64,000 nt of DNA from an uncultured Acidobacteriota bacterium. Its GTDB lineage: Bacteria; Acidobacteriota; Polarisedimenticolia; J045. Position 1 is the stretch's first letter; the number at the start of each line of letters is the position of its first letter. Location: NCBI GenBank assembly GCA_963702425.1, contig CAVPCQ010000021.1, positions 64,001-128,000 of the forward strand. Direction: 5' to 3'. Under the pieces are notes generated by a model. The model was given only the letters and a program-made list of their open reading frames with translations, did not search any database and had not been told where the DNA came from. This document shows positions 21,790 through 34,100 of the stretch, in pieces. A program made the position numbers and the translations under genes.

Positions 21790-21837
21790 ATCATCTTCCG
21801 CGTGCCCTTCGCGATCTTGCCGGGCCGCGGCGCGCCC

Positions 21838-22293
21838 TCACTGCAGCCGTTTGATGATGTGCCAGCCGTACGGCGAGTCCGGGTCGTTCCACTCCGCGAT
21901 CCCGATCTCGCCCGGCTTGAGCGAGAAGCTCACGTCGCCGAACGCCTTGACCATCCCGTAGCGCGAGTAGAACCCCTTCGGCACCTGCTCGGCGTCGCAC
22001 ATCTTGTAGATGCCGGGGGCGGAGTCGGCGGTGTACTTCTTCACCAGCGCAGTGAAGTCGCCCCCCTTCATCGCCTGCGCCAGCAGCTCCTGGGCCAGCT
22101 TGGCGGCCTCCTCCTTCGTGCGGGCGATCGTCTTCCCGGGGACCGAGCCCGTGAAGCCGACCAGGATGTGCTGCACCTCGATGCAGCCCTCGGGGAGCGC
22201 CGGCTTGGCGGCCGCGTTCTCGGCGGCATGCGGCGCGGGGACGGCGAGGGCCGCCAGGGCAAGCGCGGCGGCGGCGAAGCGGGTGAGCGTCAT
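21838..22293 (-). CDS. Periplasmic parvulin-type peptidyl-prolyl isomerase
   Basis: Signal peptide, HILV, MVKAF, FSLKPGEIG and SPYGWHIIKRL motifs. Confidence 0.92.
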   Translation of the reverse strand: MTLTRFAAAALALAALAVPAPHAAENAAAKPALPEGCIEVQHILVGFTGSVPGKTIARTKEEAAKLAQELLAQAMKGGDFTALVKKYTADSAPGIYKMCDAEQVPKGFYSRYGMVKAFGDVSFSLKPGEIGIAEWNDPDSPYGWHIIKRLQ

Positions 22294-22444
22294 CGGGATC
22301 CTCCTCGCCGGACGCGATCGGCGACGCGGCGTGCCGCCGTTTCTAGCACGCCGCGCCGCCCGGAGGGAGGGGTAGGAGGCGGAGGCGGTCCGGCGGACCG
22401 CAAGGGAAACGGAAGGGGCCGGTCGGGCCCCTTCGCGGGGAGGC

Positions 22445-22999
22445 TCAGGGCACGTCGGGAGGACGACCGCCGAGCCAGGCGTCGACCGACTCCTGCCGCC
22501 GGTCACGGCGCTCGGCGCGTTCGGCCTGCAGCTGCTGGAGGAGCGCCTGCTGCTCGGCGGTGAGGATCGCGCGCGCCGCCAGGAACAGTTTGTGGTGCGC
22601 TACCGCGAGGGTCGCGTCGGGGGCTGCTGTGGCCTCGGCCGCCATACGCAGCTGCTCCTCGGTCGCCGCCGGGTCCTGGATCGCGGCGCGCAGCGACTCG
22701 TGCGCGTCGCGCGCGGCGTCGACCATCGCGTGCAGGCCGCCGTCCCACTCCCGCTGCAGAATCGCGCGCAACTGCTCGCGTTGGGCCACCGTGAGGTCGA
22801 GCTCGCGCATCGCGGGGCCGAGACCGAAGGGGCCGCCGCCGGGACCGCCGGGCCCGAAGCCGGGCCCGCGGCCGTGGCCACCGCCCGCGCCGCGGCCCGA
22901 ACCGGAACCGGCCCCGCCCGCTGCTATCGCCGCCCCGGCGAGCAGGGCCACCAGGGTCAGGATCATCACTGCCGGGATCGTCAACTTCCTGCCGCTCAT
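22445..22999 (-). CDS. Spy/CpxP family periplasmic chaperone
   Basis: Signal peptide, Gly-rich linker, two LTxxQ motifs (LDLTVAQR, ILTAEQQ). Confidence 0.85.
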   Translation of the reverse strand: MSGRKLTIPAVMILTLVALLAGAAIAAGGAGSGSGRGAGGGHGRGPGFGPGGPGGGPFGLGPAMRELDLTVAQREQLRAILQREWDGGLHAMVDAARDAHESLRAAIQDPAATEEQLRMAAEATAAPDATLAVAHHKLFLAARAILTAEQQALLQQLQAERAERRDRRQESVDAWLGGRPPDVP

Positions 23000-23054
23000 C
23001 GTCGTTCTCCTTTTATCGCGGGCCGGGATGTCCGGTCCTGCCTGCGCCGAGAGA

Positions 23055-23153
23055 GAGACGGCCGGCCGGCGTCTCGGTTGACCCGACGCCCCGTCGCGCT
23101 GGCGGGGAGCCGGGATTGCCCGGCGTCAACCGCGGCCCGGCGACGGGCGTCTT
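23055..23153. promoter_or_regulatory. Pair of divergent ECF-sigma-like promoters
   Basis: Minus strand GTCAAC-N16-CGTCTC (23082-23055). Plus strand GTCAAC-N17-CGTCTT (23125-23153). Confidence 0.55.
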
Positions 23154-23227
23154 CCTTCTCGAACGCGTTACATTCCGATGGGGCGGAGCGCGGCCCGGCG
23201 CGAGCCCCGCGCAAAGGAGAACCGACC

Positions 23228-23698
23228 ATGACGTCCCGTCGCACCCTGCTCCCCATCCTTCTCATTGGTGCTGCCGTCGCGACGCCCTTCGTGCTGGCCG
23301 ACGACGCGACGCGGCAGTGCCTCACCGCCGCGCGCGACGAGGTGCGCGAGTGCCGCGCCACCTGCCAGGACGGCTTCCGGTCCGCGATCGACGTCTGCCG
23401 CAGGATCGACGCGCAGTGCGGGAAGTCCTGCCGAACCCAGCGCGAAGCCTGCACCGCCGAGCCGCGCGCGGACCGCGAGCGCGCAATCCGCGCCTGCAAT
23501 GACGCCGAACGGGGGCAGGTCCAGAACTGCCGCAGCCAGTTCCCCAACGACGTCGCCGCGCGCGACCGCTGCGTCGACGCGGCGCAGATCGCCGCCTTCG
23601 TCTGCCGCGACAACGCGCGCGAGGCGGTCAACGACGAGCTTCGCGCCTGTGCCGAGAATTACCGCGGCTGCATCGACGCCTGTCCTCCCGCGCCCTGA
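23228..23698 (+). CDS. Secreted Cys-rich, probably helical hypothetical protein (14 Cys)
   Basis: AGGAGA RBS, signal peptide MTSRRTLLPILLIGAAVATPFVLA, regularly spaced cysteines. Confidence 0.8.
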   Translation: MTSRRTLLPILLIGAAVATPFVLADDATRQCLTAARDEVRECRATCQDGFRSAIDVCRRIDAQCGKSCRTQREACTAEPRADRERAIRACNDAERGQVQNCRSQFPNDVAARDRCVDAAQIAAFVCRDNAREAVNDELRACAENYRGCIDACPPAP

Positions 23699-23749
23699 GG
23701 GGCGCCGGGTATACTCCCTCCCGGGCGCGACTGCCCGGGAGGGTTCGCG

Positions 23750-24749
23750 ATGGAATACCGCTTCCTCGGCCGCTCGGGGCTGCAGGTCTCGACGCTTTCT
23801 TTCGGAGCGTGGGTCACGTTCGGCGACCAGATCGGCGAGGACGCCGCCCTCGAGCTGATGAAGACCGCGGTCGACGCCGGCGTCAACTTCTTCGACAACG
23901 CCGAGGTCTACGCCGACGGCGACGCCGAGACGGTGATGGGCCGCGTCATCCGGAAGGCCGGGTTCAGGCGCAGCGACCTGGTGCTCTCCACCAAGATCTT
24001 CTGGGGCGGGCCCGGGGTGAACGACCGCGGGTTGTCGCGCAAGCACATCGTCGAGGGGACCGATGCCGCGCTGAAGCGGCTGCAGACCGACTACGTCGAC
24101 CTGCTCTTCTGCCACCGTCCCGATGCGCGGACCCCGGTCGAGGAGACGGTCCGCGCGATGAACGCGATCATCGCCAGCGGCCGCGCCTTCTACTGGGGCA
24201 CCTCGGAGTGGAGTGCGGCCCAGCTGATGGAGGCCCACGGGATCGCGCGCGAGCTGGGGCTGATCGGCCCGCTGATGGAGCAGCCGCAGTACAACATGTT
24301 CCACCGCGACCGCGTCGAGCGGGAGTACGCGCCGCTCTACGGGTTGATCGGCCTCGGGCTGACGATCTGGAGCCCGCTCGCCAGCGGCGTGCTGACCGGG
24401 AAGTACAACGACGGCATCCCGCCCGGCACGCGGGCGACCCTTCCGGGCTACGAGTTCCTGCACAAGCGCTTCGTCGACGACGAGGCCACGCGGCGGATCG
24501 AGAAGGTGAAGAAGCTGCAGCCGATCGCCCAGTTGCTCGGCTGCTCCCTGGCCCAGCTGGCGATCGCCTGGACGATCAAGAACCCGCACGTCAGCACGAC
24601 GATCCTCGGCGCGACGAAGGTCTCGCAGCTTGAAGGAGAACCTGGGCGCGCTCGAGGTCGCGGCGCGGATCACCCCGTCGGAGATGGAGCAGATCGAGGC
24701 GGTGCTGCAGAACCGGCCCGCGCAGGAGTTCGAGTGGCGAGGGATGTAG
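23750..24749 (+). CDS. Aldo/keto reductase (Kv-beta-like subfamily), frameshift near 24635
   Basis: [38 protein letters not shown] and WSPLASG motifs. Corrected end ...[11 protein letters not shown]...EWRGM-TAG. Confidence 0.9.
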
Positions 24750-25836
24750 CAGCCTCGAAGTAGTGCCGCAGGATCTCGTACGCTGACGCCCCGCGGCGCG
24801 CCATCGCCGCCGCGCCCCGCTGGCACAGGCCGACGCCGTGGCCGTGACCGCGGCCTTCGATCCGCACGGCGCCGCCGGACACCGTCCAGCCGAAGCGCGC
24901 GCTCTTCACGACTGACCAGTCCCGGGCCCGGTCGAGGGCGCGCGCAAAGGCGTCCCCGGCGGCCCAGCGGCCGGTCGCTGTGTCGACCAGGCGCAGCACG
25001 CGTCCATCGGGCGCGTGCTCGAGCGCCAGCCGGTCGACCGCGACCGGGCCCTCGGCCCCGAGCACCGCACCTGCGGCGGACTCGACCTCGGCGATCCGGA
25101 GCACCGCCGTCCACGCGTCGGCGGAGCACTGCGGATCGGCTGCGGCGCGCGCGCCCGTCTGCTCGTCGCCACCGAAAACGGCCTGCGGCTCGGCGGTATC
25201 CCCGCCGCAGTCGGAATGGAAGACCGCGCGGGCGATCGCGCCCGGGGCGAGACGCAGCACCTGCCCGCGCGTCGCACGCGCCGCGCGCCGCGCCGCCGCC
25301 GCGTGGTCCGGGCCGGCGGCAGGCGCCAGGGACTGGCAGTGCGCGAGGTCGCAGAGCGGCGCTTCGCGGTGTCGCGCGCCGGGGGCCAGCGCGTACGAGC
25401 GCGCGACGATCGCCTGCGCCTCGAGCGCGGCCGGCGGCGTGCCGGGGAGCGTCTCGGCGGCGACGGCGCGGGCGACGTAGTTCTCCAGGTCGAGCGCGGC
25501 CACGATCCGCAGCTCGTCGCCGGCGGCCTCGATCCGCAGCGCAGCCTCGTAGCGCCGAACCATGCCGGTGTCGAGCGTGATCGTCCACGGCGCGCGAGCG
25601 AGCGTGACCGGTGCCGGCTGCGCTCGGCCGTCGACGCGCAGCAGGTCGCCGTCGGCCGCGACGCTCATCCCCCGCGGGCCGTCGAGCGTCGCCGCGTGCG
25701 GGTGGAACTTCGTCAGCACGAGGACCTCGACGGCGGGAGCGCCGGACTCCGCCGGGAGGGGTGCGCCGGGCTCGGCGAGCGCCCCCACGGTGAATGCTGC
25801 GAGCAGTCCCGCGCGGACCGCGCCGGCGCCGCTCAT
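24670..25836 (-). CDS. SpoIID/LytB domain protein (putative lytic transglycosylase)
   Basis: [40 protein letters not shown], [13 protein letters not shown] and ILRHYF motifs. Confidence 0.9.
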   Translation of the reverse strand: MSGAGAVRAGLLAAFTVGALAEPGAPLPAESGAPAVEVLVLTKFHPHAATLDGPRGMSVAADGDLLRVDGRAQPAPVTLARAPWTITLDTGMVRRYEAALRIEAAGDELRIVAALDLENYVARAVAAETLPGTPPAALEAQAIVARSYALAPGARHREAPLCDLAHCQSLAPAAGPDHAAAARRAARATRGQVLRLAPGAIARAVFHSDCGGDTAEPQAVFGGDEQTGARAAADPQCSADAWTAVLRIAEVESAAGAVLGAEGPVAVDRLALEHAPDGRVLRLVDTATGRWAAGDAFARALDRARDWSVVKSARFGWTVSGGAVRIEGRGHGHGVGLCQRGAAAMARRGASAYEILRHYFEAATSLATRTPARAGSAAPPRSAPSPTG

Positions 25837-28196
25837 CGGACGGTGATCTCGGCGACCGCGTCGGGCGCGGCTGCTCCCGGGACCCACAGCTCCACCCGCT
25901 GGCGCCCGCGCGCCGCGGCGAGGCGCGTGACGAACGGCGCCGCGAGCGGTCGCACGGTGCCGTCGGCCAGCCGCAGCTCGAGCCGCGCGACGCCGTCCGG
26001 TGGCAGCGCCCGGAGGGGAATCGATTGATCGCCGGGCGGGAGGCCGGGATCCACGAGGTACTCGTCGCCGTCGGCAGGCGTCAGAAGCCGGGCGCGGCCC
26101 GGCGGAGCTGCGGACGGCCGTTGGCCGTCCGCAGCGAAGCGGGGCCACGGCCCGGCCGAGAGCCCCTCGCGCCGGGCCCAGGCGTAGTACGCCGGGCCGA
26201 CGTCGAGCACCGGCCGCGCTCCGCCGGCGAGGCGGTGCATCGCGCAGGTCTCGCGCGGCGCGCTGCCGGGCAGGAAGATCTCGTCGATCGACGCCGGGCA
26301 CGCGGCGCCGGCGCGCGCGCCGGACAGCGCGCAGACCGCCGCGTGCTCGAAGGCCGCGCGGTCGACGAGCGGCTCGGCGGAGAGACCCGCCATCGCGCGC
26401 TTCATGATCCTCCGGAACAGCGGTCCGGCCCCCGTCACACCGGACACCCCCTGCATCGGCTGCCCGTCGAAATTGCCGGCCCAGACCGCGACCGTGCGCT
26501 CGCGGGTGTAGCCGATCGTCCAGTTGTCGACGTGGGCCCGCGAGGTCCCGGTCTTGGCCGCGACCGGGAACGGCAGCCGCAGCGCGTTGTCGACGCCGAA
26601 GGCCGGCGCGCGCGCGAACTCGTCGGCCAGGATGTCGGTCAGCAGCGCGGTCGCGGACGCGGGCAGGAAGCGCGCCGGGGCGATCTCCGGGGCGATCGCG
26701 ACCGGCCGACCGGCCGCGTCGGCCGCGCGCCGCACCGCGGCCAGCGGGGCGAGCACGCCGCCCCGCGCAAGGCCGCGGAAGGCGCGCGCCTGCTCGTAGA
26801 GCGAGACCTCGCCGTCGCCGAGCACCAGGGCGACGCCGTAGTGGTCGGGCGACTCCGCGAGCGAGCCGTAGCCGGCGCGCCGCAGCACCTCGAGCACGCG
26901 CCCCGGCCCCAGCGCCTCGCAGAGGTGGACCGCCGGCAGGTTGTAGCTGTTGGCGAGCGCGGCGCGCAGGCGCACCGGTCCGCGTTGGCGGCGGTCGTAG
27001 TTGTGCGGCTCGTAGTCACCGGTCGGCGTCGCGTAGCGCGCGGCCACGTCCGGCAGGAGGGTCGCCGGTGTGAAACCGGCGGCCAGCGCCAGGCCGTAGG
27101 CGAACGGCTTGAGGCTGCTCCCCGGCTGGCGCAGCGCGCGCACGCCGTCGTTCTGGCCGCCGGCCTCCTCGTCGAAGAAGTCGGCCGAGCCGGCCCAGGC
27201 GAGGATCTCTCCGGTCGCGTTGTCGACGACGAGCGCCGCCGCCTGCCCGACGCGCCGGTCCGCCAGCCCCGCCAGCTCCTCCGCGATCGCCTGCTCGACG
27301 AAGCGCTGCAGCGCCGGGTCGAGCGTCGTCTCCACGCTCGCGGTGCCGGGCGGCAGCGTCGCCGCCAGCCACGCGGTGAAATGCGGCGCGCGGAACGGCG
27401 CCTCGAACGGGGCGAGGTCGAGCGGGGCGTCCGCGGCCGCGTCGGCCTCCGGGCGCGCGATGAACCCCGCGGCGGCCATCCGGTCGAGCACCCGACGCAT
27501 GCGCGCCTGGGCGGCGTCGGGGTGGCGGTACGGATCGAAGCGCGCGGGGGAAGACGCCATTCCGGCCAGCAGGGCCGCCTGTGACAGGGAGAGCTGCGAC
27601 GCCGGGCGCCGGAAGTAGACCGTCGCCGCGGTTTCGACGCCGGAGAGCGAGCGCCCCAGCGCGACGCGGTCCAGGTACGCCCGCAGGACCGTCTCGCGCG
27701 GCAGGTGCAGCGTCAGCCGCAGCGCCCAGAGCGCTTCCTTGACCTTGCCGGCCAGCGTCCGCTGGCGCGGCACGAGCCGCCGCGCGAGCTGTTGCGTAAT
27801 GGTCGAGGCCCCGCCGGTGACGCGCCCGGCGCGCGCGATGTCGCGCACGGTGCGTGCGACCGCCAGCGGATCGACGCCGGGGTGCAGTCCGAAACGGCGG
27901 TCCTCGATCGCGATGAACGCCTCGACGACGCGCTCCGGCAGGGGGCCGGGCGGGAGCGGGATCGCGCGGCCGTCCTCGCCCGAGCGCAGCTCGCGCAGCA
28001 GGCCGCCGTCGCGGTCGGTGATGCGGACGGAAGCGAGGCGCGAGCCGTCGAGCAGGCCGGCGGGAAGCGGCCAGGCGACGAAGAGCGCGGCCGCGGCGAG
28101 TGCGGCCGCGAGTGCGGCGACACTCGCCGCCATGCCCGCCCGCGCGAGCGTGCGCAGCACCCCGCGGGCGCGCGGCGCAAGGCGCCGCCCGCTCAC
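25833..28196 (-). CDS. pbpC: Penicillin-binding protein 1C
   Basis: Transglycosylase motifs EDRRF, HPGVDP and GASTITQQL. Transpeptidase motifs SSLK, SYN and KTGT. GTG start overlaps the A2M stop. Confidence 0.9.
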   Translation of the reverse strand: MSGRRLAPRARGVLRTLARAGMAASVAALAAALAAAALFVAWPLPAGLLDGSRLASVRITDRDGGLLRELRSGEDGRAIPLPPGPLPERVVEAFIAIEDRRFGLHPGVDPLAVARTVRDIARAGRVTGGASTITQQLARRLVPRQRTLAGKVKEALWALRLTLHLPRETVLRAYLDRVALGRSLSGVETAATVYFRRPASQLSLSQAALLAGMASSPARFDPYRHPDAAQARMRRVLDRMAAAGFIARPEADAAADAPLDLAPFEAPFRAPHFTAWLAATLPPGTASVETTLDPALQRFVEQAIAEELAGLADRRVGQAAALVVDNATGEILAWAGSADFFDEEAGGQNDGVRALRQPGSSLKPFAYGLALAAGFTPATLLPDVAARYATPTGDYEPHNYDRRQRGPVRLRAALANSYNLPAVHLCEALGPGRVLEVLRRAGYGSLAESPDHYGVALVLGDGEVSLYEQARAFRGLARGGVLAPLAAVRRAADAAGRPVAIAPEIAPARFLPASATALLTDILADEFARAPAFGVDNALRLPFPVAAKTGTSRAHVDNWTIGYTRERTVAVWAGNFDGQPMQGVSGVTGAGPLFRRIMKRAMAGLSAEPLVDRAAFEHAAVCALSGARAGAACPASIDEIFLPGSAPRETCAMHRLAGGARPVLDVGPAYYAWARREGLSAGPWPRFAADGQRPSAAPPGRARLLTPADGDEYLVDPGLPPGDQSIPLRALPPDGVARLELRLADGTVRPLAAPFVTRLAAARGRQRVELWVPGAAAPDAVAEITVR

Positions 28197-31100
28197 GGGG
28201 TCACCGTCACCTCGACCGCGCCGTCGCGGCCGAAGGTCTCCGGCCGGTACATCTCCGCCGCCTGCGCCGGCGGGAAGAGGAACGTGCCCGGCGTCGTCGC
28301 GCGCAGCACGAAGCGGACCTCCCAGACCCCCGGTGGCAGGCGGTCGGCGAACGCCAGCACGCGGTCGTCGCGCAGCTCGCGCCGGGCGAACGGGGTGTAG
28401 TCGCCGTAGGCCCACGCGGGCAGGCCGCCGGGCGTGCCGCCCGATCCAGTCCTCACCGAACCCCTCCCCCTGCTCGGCCGCCTCCCCCTGGGGGAGCGGA
28501 GGCACCAGCGTCGCAGCGACCGACGCGGTCGAGAGCGAGGCGTCGACCGGCTCGAAGCCGGCCGGCACCGGGACGTCGAGCGCGACGTAGCGCCGCTCCT
28601 GCGGCGTGGCGACCCGGACGGTCAACGTGACCAGCGTGCCGGCGCCGAAGCTCCGCGCCTGTCCCGCGCTGCCGTAGGGGGAGAGCCAGCGCTGTACGAC
28701 CAGGCCGCGGTCGAGTGCGCTGGCGGGCGGATGTTCCGGGACATAGGTCAGCCGCGCCCCGTAGTAGAGGATGCCCGCCCCCTGCTTCGAGAGGACGAGC
28801 GGGGCCTCGCCGGCGGCCGCCAGGTCCCGCATCGGCACGCTCTTCGTCACCAGCTCCAGCGACCGCCCGCGGAACTCCGCCGCCGCGACCTCCCTGCCGC
28901 CCAGCACGGCCTTCGCCGCGAAGTCGGGGACGACCTGCTCGCGCGTCGCCGCCAGGTCGGCCAGCGCCAGCAGCGTCCAGCCCGCTTCCTGCGTCGTGCG
29001 GTAGGCGCCGTTCGGGAGCCGCTCGCCGGCCAGCCAGCGGACGAGCATCGGGACCAGCACGTGCTGCGGAGCGTGGGCCTCGAGCAGCATCAGGACGATC
29101 GACGTCGTCGTCACGTCGGAGGACCAGGCGGCGACGTTCGAGGCCTGCTCCGTGTCCTGGAAGAAGGCCTCGCCGGCGGTGATCCGCGCCGCGTTCACCA
29201 GCTCGTCGAGCAGCGTGCGCCCGCGGGCAGCGTCGGCCGCCGCACCGCCGGGCCGCAGCAGCGCGTCGGTCAGCATGGCGCGCGAGCCGAGCGTCAGGTC
29301 GCCGCGCTGCGCGAAGAGGTCGGGGTAATACGACGCCTGCGGCGCGCCGGTGCGGGCGAGCACCCAGAGCGCGAAGGCACGGTCGTCGAGCGAGGGGGTG
29401 AAGGTGAGCGACCAGAAGCGCACCGGCCTCCCGGCCGCCACGACCTCTGCCAGGTAGCGCTGCCCCTTCGCGATCACGGCGGGATCGACCGCATGGCCGG
29501 CGTCCTTCGCGCGCGCCAGCGCCAGCACGGCCCACGAGCTGGCCCAGGGCGAGGCGTCGAGGCTGTTCGGCCAGTAGCGGAAGCCGCCGTCCTCGCGCTG
29601 CAGACTCACCAGCGCGGCGATCGTCTCCTCGACGATCGCATCCGGCGTCCTCGCCGGGCCGCCGGTTTCCGTGGCCGTGCCAGACAGATTCCCGCCGAGT
29701 CCGAACCACTCGGCCTCGCGCGCCCGCTGCTTCTCGCGCTGCTCGGCACCGGTGGGCGCGAGACCGTAGTCCTGCTGGAGCTGTCGCAGCGCGACGAACG
29801 GCACCAGCCGCGAGGCGAGCTGTTCGGCGCAGCCGTAGGGGTACGCGACGAGCTGCCGCATCGCCCCTTCGAAGCCGGCCATCGCCGTCGAGGCCAGCGT
29901 CAGCTCGAGGCCGCCGGCGTCGGGACGGACCCCCTGCGGCGGAACGATCGCCTCGGTCCGCTCGGTCTCGGTGTCGCCGTAGGTGGCCACCGTCTCGGGA
30001 GTCGCCGACGGGGCGACGACGATCGTCTGCTCGACGGCGTCGCGCTCCCCCGCGCCCCGGACGGTGAAGCGCAGCGTCGCCGGCTCGGCGCTCTTCCCGA
30101 CGAACGCGAATCGGACCTCCTGTGCGCGGCCGTCGGGGAGACGCACGCTCTTCGTTGCCGGACCGGACAGCGCGACGCCGCCCGTCGCCTCGGCGCTCAC
30201 CTCCACCGGCACGCCGCCGAGCGCCGCCGGGTCCTTCGCGTGCACGACGACCCCCGCCTCGAAGCGGTCGCCGACGCGCGCGACGCGCGGAAGCGCGGGG
30301 ATCGCCAGCAGCGGTTTGCTGACCGTCAACGCACCCTTGCCGGTGCCGAAGCGCTCGTCCTCGCCGACCGCCAGCGCCATGACCCGGTAGGTCGTCAGGT
30401 TGTCGGGCAGCTCGAACGACACGCGCGCGCGGCCGTCCGCGCCGGTCACGACCTCCGGCGCGAACAGGGCCGTCGTCTTGAATCGGCTGCGGATCTCGCC
30501 CGCCTCCTCGCCGCCGCCGCCGCCCGGAGCGCTGCCGCCCTTCTCGCCGTACCAGCGCCGCAGCACGAGGTTGATCAGCGGCTCCGCCGTGCGGACCGAG
30601 AGCGGCCGCGGGGCGAAGATCGCCTCGACCGGGTCGGGCGGCTCGTAGCCGGTCAGGCGCAGGACCGTTTCGTCGACGGCCCAGACCGCGAGCTGCGCCC
30701 TGGCCGGGCGCCCCCTGGAGTCGGTCACGGCGAGGTCGACCTCGACCTTCTGCCGCGGCCGGTAGTCGGCGCGCTCCGGCGTCACCGCCACGGCGAGCCG
30801 CCGGGACTTCTTCTCGACCTTCAGCTCCAGGTAGCCCAGCTTGAACTCCGGCCGGCCGGGATCGGCCCCCTCGCCCGCAACCTGGTCGGTGGGCACGCGG
30901 CCGCGCACCAGCACGATCGAGACGTAGGCGTTGGGGACCATCGACTCGTCGATCGGCACCGGGATCGCGCGCGCCGCGCCGTCGAGCGTCACGCGCCGGG
31001 CCGACATCACGCCGGCGCGCTCGACGGTGACGATCGCCTCGGCCTTCGGGAACGGGCTCTTGACCAGGATCTGCGCCGTGTCGCCGACGTCGTAGAGCGG

Positions 31101-34100
31101 GCGGTCCGCGACCAGGTCGATCCGGTCGGTGCCGTCGCGCAGCCACGAGGCCCAGCCGCTGCCGATCACGTAGAGCCCGGTCCGCGTCTTCTGCGTCCGG
31201 CCCGCGCCGTCCTTCAGCGTCGCCTCGAGGATGAAGAGCCCGCCCGCTTCCGGGGTGAAGCGGCAGAGCTGCGGGGTGTCGGCGGTCGTCACGCGGCACG
31301 AGGCCGCGGGCTCGTCGACCGGCTCGGTGATCGTCTCCCAGCGCTCACCGGCCCCCTTCTTGCGGATCGACTTCCAGACGCGGCGGGTGACGGCGACGTC
31401 GATCGTCAGCCCGGCGCGGCGCGTCCCGTCGGGAGCCGCTGCGATCAGCTCGACCGCGACCGGCTTCCCTTCCTCGCCGAACCCCTCGTTCGCGACGCGC
31501 ACCCCGGCGTAGGCCTCGGCCGGGTGCACGGTGACGCGCGCGCGGTTGGCGACGCGCTGGCGGCTGACGTCGGTGACCTCGGCCTCGAGCGTGTAGGACC
31601 AGGGGCGCTCGCCCGGCGCCTCGGCCCGGCCGGCGTCGAAGGCGAAGTTCCCCTGCGCGTCGACCACGCCCTCTCCCGCCGCGGTCTGCGCGGTCGACGG
31701 TCGCGGCGTCTCGTCGTCCCACCACCAGACGCTCTGACCGAACTCGAAGCCGGGATTCCCGGGCGGCGCGACGTCGAGCGGCGAGCGGATCGCGCTCCAG
31801 GTGACGGGCGCGCCGGCCATCGCGCCGCCGAAGGCATAGCGCGCGACGACCTCGGCGCCGAGCGGGTCGCCCGGCAGCGCGTCGGCCGCACCGGCCTTGA
31901 CGTTGACCAGGAACGGCGGCGCCCGGTATTCCTCGACCCGGAACGAGCCGTAGTACTCGAGCTGCGTCGTGCCGTCCTTCAGCGTCGCGCGCAGGGAGTA
32001 GTAGCCGAGCGCGGAGCCCTTCGGGAGGACGGCGTCGCCGGAGAAGGTGCCGAACGGGGTGACGCTCGCGCTCTGCTTCGCGATCTCCGCGCCGCGGCCG
32101 TCGGTGACCGCGATCGTGACCGCGGTCCCGGCCACGGGCCGAGCCAGCCGGCCGAGCTTCATCAGGCGCGCGAGGCCGACGAAGTGGACGGTGTCGCCAG
32201 GGCGGTAGATGCCGCGCTCCGGCGTGACGGTGCCCAGTGCCTCGGGGGTGTTCCCCTCCCAGCCGCCCATCATCCCCATCGCCCAGGGGGTGAAGGCGTC
32301 CTCGAAGCCGGTGGCGGTGACGCCGGTATCGCCATCCTTGTTGGCGACGACGAGGAGGTTCAACACGGGGTTCCAGACGTTCCCGCCGACGCGGTCAGCG
32401 ACGCCGGGCAGCCGCACGAGGCCGTCGCGATCGGTCGTGCCGCGGAAGAATGGCGTCCCGTCGAACGCCAGCAGTTCGACCGCGGCCCCCTCGACCGGCG
32501 TTCCCTTCGAGACCGACGTCACCCAGGCGACGCCGCTCTCGGGGCCCAGCTTGGCGTGCACCGCGAGGTCGGTGACCTGCGCCAGCACGCGGCGCAGCGG
32601 ACCCCTCTCCGGGAGCTGGTCCGCGGGGATCTCGGGGCTGTCGAGCTGGACGACGAACAGGCCGCCGTCGGGCGGGCCGGGGGCGACCGAGGCGGGCGCA
32701 AGGGGGCTCCAGCGCGTCGCGTTGCGGCGCGCCGCGACGTCGAGCGTGGTGCGCACGGGCGGACGCCCCGGGACCCAGGCCGGAGCGGGCTCCCCGGACG
32801 AGGCGCCGGGCGGGAAGAACGCCTGCGCCATCTCGGCCGGCGTCACGCGCCAGACCTCGGCCGTCACCGTCTTCAGATTGACGGTGCGCAGCGGCAGCGC
32901 GGCCTCTCGCCCGCGCTCGATCAGCGCGACGCGGCGGCCGGCGTCCAGCGTCGGGCGGAGGTCGCTGGTCGTGATCGTCCCCTCCCAGGCGGGGGCCTCC
33001 TGGCCGAAGACGTCCCGCGCCCCCGCGGCGAGCCGGAGGCGGTAGGTCGTCCCGGGCCGCCACGTGCCGGCCAGCGACACGCTCGCCGTGACGTCCAGGT
33101 CCCACGAGACCAACGCCTCCGACGCTTCCCAGTCGATCTCGACCGGCGGCTCGACCGTCAGCCGCCCCTTCAGCGACGCGAGGTCGACCTCGTTGGTCGT
33201 CAACAGCGTGACCGGCCCATACGGGCACTCGTCGCTGTACAGAAAGCCGCACCGGGTCCCGGTCACGCGCAGCGGCCCGTAGGTGCGCATCTTCGTCGTG
33301 CGCGTATAGCCCAGCGTCAGCGGCCCCTCCTCGCCCCGCAGCGCGTCGTCGACGACCAGCGCGATCGGCGTGTCCTTCGGCAGCGGCCGGGCCGGCTTCA
33401 GCTCATAGCGGGTGCGGCGGTCGGGCAGGCCGCGATCGCGCTCCGCGCGGCGCGACCACCACCCCTCGGCCGCTCCGCGCTCGCGCCGCTCGCGCTCCTC
33501 TTCCGCAGCAACGTCGACCGCGCGCACCAGCGCGAGCGGCACGCGCGACGGGGCGTCGTGCTCCGGCCGCAGCTCGATCCACGCGTGCTCCGCGATCCTC
33601 TCGACGCGCTGGTTGAAGCTGAGCGCGAAGAGCTGCTCCGGCTCGACCCATTGCGAGTTCTCGCGCGGCGCGGCCTCGTAGATCTCCGGCAGCGGCGTCG
33701 CGAAGCTGTAGCTGTAGACCGTCGCCAGCACCGAGCCGTCGAGCGCCTTCAGCCCGGCCGGGACGGTGACGGTGAAGGGGGTCGCCATCGGGAACGGCGC
33801 GTCGGGCACGAACTCGACCGCCGACGAGCCGAGCCAGTGCCACGCGCCGGCGATCGCCGGGGCGAGCGAAGCCGGCGGCGGGAGTTGGGCCAGCGCCTCC
33901 GCCTGCTGCAGTGCGACGACCGGCCGCGAGAAGACCAGCGCGGGCCGCATCGAGCCGACGAGCTGCGTGCGCGGCAGCGCGATCGCGACCGTCAGCGCGG
34001 AGTTCGGCGCACCTGGGGCGAGCGCCAGCTCCGGAACGGCGGGGGGCGGCTCGGTGCCGGGGGCGAAGCGGGGGCCGGCGGCGCCGGCGCCGCGGGTCGC

